DNA of 64,000 nt from Octopus vulgaris (Eukaryota): NCBI GenBank assembly GCA_951406725.2, contig OX597822.1, positions 36,828,001-36,892,000 of the forward strand, given 5' to 3'. Both the position numbers and the translations under genes were made by a program. The notes under the pieces were generated by a model, which was given only the letters and a program-made list of their open reading frames with translations, made no database searches and was not told where the DNA came from. Positions 55,554 to 64,000 of the stretch are shown piece after piece. Within the stretch, counting starts at the first letter, position 1. Every line of letters starts with the position of its first letter.

Positions 55554-55814
55554 TAGGGTTACCATACTTGAACAGTCAGAATCCAGGACATCTCCACTAA
55601 CAATCACCATGACCCTCCGTGATCCAGCCCAACACACACTTTGAGCCTTTGGCTTTTTTCTTATTATAAACTACAGATTCTGGGGGACATGGTAAATAAA
55701 AAAATTACACATAATTTTGTAAAATTACAAATTTTTTTTAATTATTCAGGGACGCAAATTTTGACAACTGAATCCAGGACATGGCCTGGACAATGCAGAC
55801 GAATGGCGACCCTA
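55554..55814. mobile_element. hAT-like MITE
   Basis: TIRs tagggttaccat / atggcgacccta. Confidence 0.55.
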
Positions 55815-56067
55815 GTCTAGTTGCAAACTTTAGTACAAGGAATGTCAAAAGCTAATCAGAGAAAAAAATTATACAGGGTGGAAAAAACAATACTAATCAA
55901 AACTTAAACCACTCTTATAAATACGATTACTTCTGCCTCGCATATATATATATATACATTATCATTAATGATTTCATTATAAGTAATCCCCTTTATGTCT
56001 ATCTTTGTGTTATCACCTTCCTCCTTCGCCCCGGTGGCAAATAAAAGAAATAGTTATTAATATTACG

Positions 56068-57420
56068 AAGGCGGCGAGCTGGCAGAATCGTTAGCACGCC
56101 GGGCGAAATGCTTAGCGGTATTTCGTCTGCGTTACGTTGTGAGTTCAAATTCCGCCGAGGTCGACTTTGCCTTTCATCCTTTCGGGGTCGATAAATTAAG
56201 TACCAGTTACGCACTGGGGTCGATGTAATCGACTTAATACCTATGTCTGTCCTTGTTTGTCCCCTCTGTGTTTAGCCCATTGTGGGTAATAAAGAAATAG
56301 GTATTTCGTCTGCCGTTACGTTCTGAGTTCAAATTCCGCCGAGGTCGACTTTGCCTTTCATCCTTTCGGGATCGATAAATTAAGTACCAGTTACGCACTG
56401 GGGTCGATGTAATCGACTTAATCCGTTTGTCTGTCCTTGTTTGTCCCCTCTGTGTATAGCCCCTTGTGGGTAGTAAAGAATAGGTATTTCGTCTGCCGCT
56501 ACGTTCTGAGTTCAAATTCTGCCGAGGTCGATAAATTATGTACCAGTTGAGTACTGGAGTTGATGTAATCAACTTGCCCCTCCCCACAAAATTCAAGTCT
56601 TGTGCTTATAGAAGAAAGGATTACTATTATTATTATTATTAAGATGCCGAGCCATGTGCCAAAAATTGAACGCATTATAATTATAAAGGTAGCGAGCTAC
56701 CAGAATCGCTAGCACGCTGGACAAACTGCTTTGTGGCATTTCTTCCACCTTTACGTTCTAAGTTCAAATTCTGCCGAAGCAGACTCTGTCTTTTATCTTT
56801 CCGGAGTCTTCAATATAAATACCAATCAAGCACTGAGGTCGATGCAATCGACTAGACTCCTTCCCCAAAATTTCAGGCTTTGTGCCTATAGTAGAAAAGA
56901 TTGTTATTATAAATGGTAAAGCAGCGAGTTAGCAGAATCGTTAGTGCGTCTAACAAAACACTTCGTAATATTTCTTCCAGTTCTTTACGTTCTGAGTTCA
57001 AATCCCGCCGAAACCAACTTTGCTTTTCAAGCTTTTAGGGTCGATGAAATAAGGTACCAGTCAAGTACTGAGCCGATGTAACTGACTTTTCCCTTCCATT
57101 TAAAAGTGCTGGCCTTGTGCCAAAATTAGAAAGAATTATTGTTATACTTGGCAAGCTGGCAGAATAGTTACCGCGTTAAAATAAATATTTGGCAATATTT
57201 CTTTATGTCTTGAGTTCAAATCTCGCTGAAGGGTTGATAAGTTAAAGTAACAATCAATTGTAATCGACTACACAACTCGCTTAAAAATTGCTAGCACTGT
57301 GCCTAAAATAAAAACTATTATTTCACCAGTACTTTATTTTATCAACCCTAAAACGATGAAAAGTAAAGTTGACCACAGCGGAATTTGAACTCAGTCCGTA
57401 AAGAGCCAGAAGATACACCA
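56068..57420 (+). mobile_element. Array of family-B SINEs (tRNA head plus Nin-like domain gcctttcatcctttcggggtcgataaattaagtacca)
   Basis: About 7 same-orientation units plus one inverted unit at the end. The first three have an exact 183-bp period (56117, 56300, 56483). Confidence 0.85.
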
Positions 57421-57957
57421 CGAGGAATTTCATCTAGGTTAAGACGTCCACCACAAATAAATCGATTTTACTGAATCCTTTAGTATACAAGTTTTGTTTG
57501 GTGTCAAGGAGTATCACATAAAACGGAAAGGCTTCCGCCCAAACAAAAGGTGAGTCAAAAAGGGAGCGTACACGTAGTCGCATGGGATCAGCCAAATTTC
57601 TCTAAAATCACATCCCGTTATCTATTTTTTAAAAAAAGGCGACACGTAGTCCGGAATGTACATAATGCCTTACTTTAGTAAGAAAGAAAAGAAAGAGATA
57701 TGATCACGACAGAAATACCTGCATTCATAGATCTACTCATTCATGTAAACAGAAACACCCACTTATCTGCGAGAGAACTGCAGAGCTGCCAATTGAACTG
57801 CTAGAAATAGCAACCAAATCCCCTTCAAATTACACCCTAATAAAATTTAAAACAACAGAGATGCATTAGATACTGCTAGTCCAAGATACAGTATATTCGA
57901 AAAGAAAGACTAAACGGTCACGGTTGGAACATCTTTGACCACTGATACGTACTAGAT

Positions 57958-58090
57958 TAGGCATGGACAACTTTTTTCGAGAAGCGGGCCGCATGATAAG
58001 GCTCATCATCTGATGGGTTGCACTATAATATAATTTTTCATTAGGCGTGTCATTCAAAAGGTTCAGCCGGCCGCAGGTTGTCCACGACTG
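57958..58090. mobile_element. hAT-like MITE
   Basis: TIRs taggcatggacaac / gttgtccacgactg, with 8-bp TSD-like flanks tactagat / tataagat. Confidence 0.65.
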
Positions 58091-58888
58091 TATAAGATTA
58101 AAGCTGATCTAAACAACAGCGCTTTGAATGGGGCAGAAACTGAGTAAAAACTACCGGGGAGTTTGTATAATTTAACGTTCCTATTTAACTTTAAGTTCTG
58201 GACTAGTTACATTAATAAAAATAACTTTCTTTCGTGTGACCATGGCCAAATTGAATAACAAAGTTTATCAAAAGCAGCCTTAATTTTTATACACTGCGAT
58301 TCTATGTATTTTGAAGTGGCGATTATAATATAAAAGAGTAAACATTTATAAACAGCAAATGTATGTTGAAGATATACAGGTGATTGTGTCGATTTCAGAG
58401 AAGCACTGGATAATATATGAATAGGTCAACATGAGCGTGTATAGATGAGAGAAAAGATGCAGGTGCCTAAGAATGTGAAAAGGACAAGCAGTATCTAAGG
58501 AAAATAAAGAAATAAGTGTTAGAAACGATTAATAAACATACATACGTGGCGAATGAAAAGTTAGAGAAATCTGCGTAACAAGCTTTAGACAACTTAGTTA
58601 GCCTGGAATAAAGTGGGGTACTGAATAAAAGGGGTTTCCAACTGGAACGACTAATGGCAACGTGTTGATGGAATAAACAGCGAATCATGATGCTTACTGC
58701 TAATTTAACCTGTCAAACTGTTTTGATATGTAAATATCTAGAGTTATCTAACCTTGTCAGAATTAGTTCAGGAGTTTGCCGAAAGAGGGAACTGTAAAAC
58801 GGCAGAACCGTTCATAACTTTCTTTTATTCTTGAGCTTCGTCTTTAGTTTTTTCTTTATTTATATCTTAACTGGTGAACAATACTCAC

Positions 58889-59030
58889 GTTTATTACAAG
58901 TTTCCTATGGGTCAGTTGGTGATCCTTGAATCTAAGAGTCTCCGCTCATAAACTTTGTCAAACTGCAGTTTGTACCACTGCTTTCGGCATGCGGCAACCT
59001 TGGGCTAAACTGTGTGTGCGTCTGTCTCCT
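58889..59030 (-). other. IDI1: Putative non-coding upstream exon of IDI1
   Basis: Donor AC|GTGAGT at 58889/58888 in unique CpG-enriched sequence. The frame that would join exon 47603 contains stops, so it would be UTR. Confidence 0.4.
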
Positions 59031-59035
59031 CTCTG

Positions 59036-59061
59036 TCTGTCTCTCTCTCTCTCTCTATCTC

Positions 59062-59155
<94 letters not shown>

Positions 59156-59156
59156 C
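59036..59156. repeat. (CT)n/(TCTA)n microsatellite
   Basis: Directly visible. Confidence 0.95.
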
Positions 59157-59339
59157 ATCCACATATATAGAAAGAGAGTTTTGTTAAATTTCTTCCGACC
59201 ACTTAAAATTTTACAAATTTTCAGAAAATGTTGTTCCCATGTTGTTTGGTGTGCTGATGAAAAAAATCGCGTTCATATTTTTTCCGTTTTTTTTTCCTAG
59301 AAATTAATAATGAAAAAATTACAAGCATTTAAAGTTATG

Positions 59340-59650
59340 TCATTTTAGCCAATCGAAAATCTCCATTGTTGACGTATCGTGTTCGCTGATTTCCATTGCC
59401 ATGGAGATCGGCATACACGAAACCTTTACATGGTCTCTTGACATGCTGGAAATAGCAGCCAAATCCTCCTTAAACTACACCATAACGTCCAAAAAACAAA
59501 AAGAACGAAGCATTGTTCCACAGCACCGTTTGATCCGTCGCTTGAGACTGACCCAAGTACTTTCCACTTGTTGAGTGTTGTCAAAACTATTTTAATTAAA
59601 GTCAATTTCCACAATTCCCGGCGGAAGTAAAGAATACGTACACCCGGTGT
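59340..59650. promoter_or_regulatory. Candidate promoter region (CCAAT box, ETS site)
   Basis: agCCAATc at ~59347, gCGGAAGT at ~59621, and CpG enrichment upstream of the putative IDI1 first exon. Confidence 0.35.
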
Positions 59651-59779
59651 TTAGGGTTAGGGTTAGTATGTCAAGAGGGTTAGGATTATGGTTATTGTAA
59701 TGCCGAAAACGTCCAATTCCCAAATAAAGATTTCAAAAAAAGGGAAAAGATTATAGACAACTTTTAATTGGTTAATGAA

Positions 59780-61330
59780 GAAGTGGAGCTATGTCCATGA
59801 CCTTTGTAGACCTTGTAAGATTTGTCAGGTCAATCTGGTTTATGTTTAGCAGGTAAAGAACATGTAGAGTGGGGTGTAGAGTTAACACTTTGAGGAGGGT
59901 GGGTTGGGTAATGTGATTAATAGAGGGCCTTAAAGATAAGACACTATATAGATAGTGATTGAAGGAGAGACAGATATGATGCTGGGTTGTGAGCTATTTC
60001 ACAGGAGCAGAACCCATTTCAGTAGTGGTAGAAAAGGTGGAGTAGACCAGGGGTTATATTTTAATAGTGAGTCTTCTCCATTCAATCAAATAGTTTTAGT
60101 GATCTGATCTAGTATGCATATGTGTGTGGTAGTTGCAATATAATCCCAGATATTTTTAGATTGTTGCATATGGATTATGTTTCTGTGTGGAACATTTAAT
60201 AAATAAGAATGGAAACATCTGTTCAGTAGTGCATTGTTGGAGGTGATAACAGAGTCAAACTATGAAGCATACCAGAGTTGATACTCTGTGGGTTAAAGAG
60301 AACCATGAGCACATGTTGCAATGAAATATGGTCTGACAAGAAGCTTCCAATTGGCGAACTGGCAGAAACGTTAGCACACTGGGCAAAATGCTTTGCGGTA
60401 TTTCGTCTGTCTTTACATTCTGAGTTTAAATTCTGCTGAGGTCGACTTCGCCTTTCATCCTTTCGGGGTTGATAAATTAAGTACCAGTTACACACTGGGG
60501 TCGATGTAATCAACTTAATCCATTTGTCCCCTCTATGTTTAGTCCCTTGTGGGCAATAAAGAAATAAGAAGCTTCCAATTGAAGACAGAAGAGATGGAAA
60601 GAGCACAGAGATGGCAAGTTTAGCTGGAAAGTTCTCATGTCAAATACAGTTAAATGCTTTACTGATACCAAATGCAACAACTTTGCTTTTGTTGAAATTC
60701 TCAAAGTGAGGGAACACCTACTATTGAAGACCAACTGGTCACAGAGAAGAGAGAAAGACACAACATGTTGAAGGTGTTTGCTAATGATTGTTTCTATTGT
60801 CTTTGATAACTTAAAGGTGAGACTGATAGTTTGGTAGTTGGCAAGAACAGAGAGATTGCATTTCTTGAGGACGGGACATACTGGCATGTCTCTCAGGGTA
60901 AGCTAGAACCTCTAAAGAGAGATAAGGATTGAAGAGTTTGACAAAGATAAATATTAACTCTAGGGTCCACTGAGGGTGATAAAATAATTGTTTGAAGGGC
61001 AGTGGCCTTGTTGACATAAAGTGGCTGGAAATGTTTTTAACATCTGGCAAAGATGTGCACATGGAGATGGGAGTGAAGTTGGAAGCAAACAGGCAGCAAA
61101 TATGGAATCTGTTTCCATAGGAGTACTCTTTATTGGTTGTTGAGATTTCTACAAAGTTGGTAGAAATCATCTTGAGACAGGAACAAAAAACAAAACAAAA
61201 AAAAAGACCAACCACAATTCTGGAGGTGGCTGAGGTGTACAACACATGAAAGTATCTTTTGCTTTATGAGTAGTGGTCTTACAAAAGTTGATGCAAGTGG
61301 AGGAGTTTCTTCAACTGTTGGAGACCACAC
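59780..61330 (-). mobile_element. Decayed CR1/Jockey-group LINE RT fragment interrupted by a SINE
   Basis: VCPVLKKCNLSVLANYQTISLTFKLSKTIE matches the P.PKKG..S...NYRPI.L motif. Confidence 0.65.
60354..60565 (+). mobile_element. Family-B SINE with 16-bp target-site duplication
   Basis: aagaagcttccaattg at 60338-60353 and 60566-60581. Confidence 0.85.
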
Positions 61331-61892
61331 TATTTAATTGTACTGCTGTGTAGAGGCAAATATTTTGTATTTGTTGCTATCAGATAAGCATTTTTAGATG
61401 TAAAATATAACTATTATGCATAACATTCTTTATTATAAGTTACAACAAATACAAATGTCTATATTCTCATTTCATAAATATACAAAATTACTCACTTGCA
61501 TCCAATTAGCTAATTGCTTTGAAACACCCCCATACATATATGTGAAATATGTCAAATTATGCACATGAGTGGCTGTGTGGTAAGTAGCTTGTTTGCCAAC
61601 CACAAGGTGCATGACACCTTGGTCAAGTGTCTTCTACTATAGCCTCGGGCTGACCAAAACCTTATGAGTGGATTTGGTAGACGGAAACTGAAAGAAGCTC
61701 ATCATATATATGTGTGTCTATGTGTTTGTCCCCCCAACATCGCTTTACAACCGATGGTGGTGTGTTTACATCCCCGTAACTTAGCGATAGAATAAGTACT
61801 AGGCTTACAAAGAATAAGTCCTGATGTCCATTTGCTTGACTAAAGGTGGTGCTCCAGCATGGCTGCAGTCAAATGACTGAAACAAGTAAAAG

Positions 61893-61933
<41 letters not shown>

Positions 61934-62946
61934 CATTGTTGTATGGTTAAGTAGTTTGTTTTGCAAGCACAAGATTTTGAGGTTAGTCTCACTGTGCAGC
62001 TTTTGGGCAAGTGTCTTTTATGGCTCTGAGCAGACCAAAAGCGTGTGACTGAATTTTATAGACAGAAACTGAAAAGTAGCTTGTAAAATGTGTGTTTGTG
62101 TGTGTGAGAGAGAAAGAGAGAGTGTGTGTAAACAAACTTCATCCCCATTGTACAAACAGTGATGTTTGTTTGCAGACTTTTTTCAAAAACATTTCCAGAC
62201 TAGGGAAAAATATTACTTTGCTTGGAGAAAAGTGGAGGTTGGCCAATATAAGAGCCTCCAGCTGCAAGTAATTCTGCCTCAGTAAATCTCACCTGACTCA
62301 TTCAAGCATGAAAAAGAAGACATTAAAATAATGATAATGATGACACACGCACACAAACACACACATCATGCTTCTTTCAGCATTCATCAAACCAGGGCTG
62401 TAGTTGGAAAAGTGTTTCTCTGAAACTTTTCATATAATGTCTGAGAAAATAGTTCTAATTGAATTCATTTCTACTGTTAACAACACACCCATAAAAGTAT
62501 GATGGTACTTTAAAGTTGTTTGATAATGATTACTATTAACTTGTGATTTATTCATTTGCAAAAAGAATGCTGTATGCTCTCATTCACACAAACCTATTTC
62601 TTATTCATGAATTATTTTTTACCAATAGGTTTAATCCGATTATAATGAGTATTTAGAGTAACAGTTATGAAAGGAAGTGTGAGAGAAGTAAGTTTGTCTT
62701 GTATATCTTTTTCTTGTTTCGGTCATTAGACTACGGTCATGCTGGAGCGCTGCCTTGAATAGTTTTTTTGTCAAACAAATCAACCCCAGTACTTTTAATC
62801 TTAAGCCTGGCACTAATTCTATTGTTCTCTTTTGCTGAACTGTTAAGTTACAGGGATGTAAACACACCAGCACCAGTTGTCAAGTGGTGGTAGAGGACAG
62901 CCACAAAGATGCACACACACACACATATGAAGAAGCTCATCATATA

Positions 62947-62979
<33 letters not shown>

Positions 62980-62980
62980 G

Positions 62981-63017
<37 letters not shown>

Positions 63018-63036
63018 ATATATATGTATATATATA

Positions 63037-63071
<35 letters not shown>

Positions 63072-63559
63072 GGTTAGGAAGCAAGCTTCTTACCACACAG
63101 CCACATATAAATTATAAAAACGTCTTGTCCAGATAGAAATGGTAGTGGCTTAACAGTTTAGTTGTGTGTCATTGATAGTTATGAAAATGACAGACTGAAA
63201 ATATTTATCAAATTACCAATTCATTAATTATTAACTGTGATTTCACATTTTGCTCTTGTTGTTTGAGCAAGACATTTAAATTTATATTCCTAACCAAATT
63301 GGGAAATAAGTATCTGTGACTTTTCTGAAGTTTACTTTCCAACATCTGCAAAATTCCTCAAAAAGCAGAATGGCATTTAAAAATAAATCTTTTAAATACT
63401 TCCTGATTGACCATAGGTTCATATATAAATGAAAACATGGCATCAAATCAGACTGAAATTTCTTCCTTGCCATTCCAATATCAAACTAAAATTCCCTTTT
63501 TACTCATTTTTCAAGCAATTGGTATAAACTGAGTAGTCTGGGAGAAATTATAAAGGCTA

Positions 63560-63820
63560 GGGGTACTGCCCCTCCCTACTGACAATAAACTAGTGAGTAT
63601 AAACCTTGACAATGTGATCAAGGTGGGTAAATTTGTGAAGGTGATGGTTACTGCTCCTCTCTACTGACTAAACCAAATATAAACCCTAACAATGTGACCA
63701 ACGTGAGCAAATCTGTGAAGGCCACGATTACTGCCCCTCCCTACTGACTAAACCCTAATACTCTGACCATTGTGGTTAGATCTGTGAGGGCCATGGGTAC
63801 TGTCCCTCTCTTCACACTAA
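63560..63820. repeat. Degenerate tandem repeat (4 units; tactgcccctccctactgac...aaacccta)
   Basis: The motif recurs at ~63564, 63649, 63729 and 63798. Confidence 0.7.
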
Positions 63821-64000
63821 ATCATAAAAGAAAAATATGTCACTAAACCATCCTTATCTAAAACTTGATATCACTTCCACTTCAAGATAAAGTAGGAAAT
63901 CGATGGAGTCAGTTAATCATGGGAAGACAGATAACCCAGATATTGAGGTGGGAGAACAACAGTCATGTAAATATGAGTCATAAGGATACCTCTGAAGATA

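Noticed and set aside
59395-59408. X-box-like ATTGCCATGGAGAT
   Set aside because: Both terminal consensus positions mismatch.
59651-59666. Telomeric TTAGGG repeats
   Set aside because: Fewer than three full units; too short to call an interstitial telomere.

Overview
AT-rich, microsatellite-dense animal genomic DNA with no prokaryotic features. The SINE and RTE-tail families suggest a cephalopod, most likely Octopus (inference). There are two protein-coding genes, both on the minus strand. (1) KIF3A (kinesin-2 motor subunit): an intronless 701-aa CDS at 4814-6919, with a putative 5'UTR intron of about 16 kb and a CRE/ETS/X-box promoter near 23.3-24.0 kb. (2) IDI1 (isopentenyl-diphosphate delta-isomerase): five coding exons assembled by hand (47587-47446, 45132-45040, 35699-35569, 33416-33224, 31705-31563; 233 aa), with a putative non-coding first exon near 58.9 kb. 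The rest is mostly transposon-derived: CR1/L2-type, RTE, HERO-type and Penelope-like retroelements, mariner and Tigger fragments, hAT- and piggyBac-like MITEs, and tRNA-derived SINEs. The most notable observations are a chain of six stop-start-coupled uORFs in the KIF3A leader, a TSD-flanked palindromic element joining a tRNA-like head to two inverted hammerhead ribozymes, several other hammerhead-type motifs including variant cores, and a perfect palindromic X-box inside an IDI1 intron. All calls were made by eye; no database searches were run.
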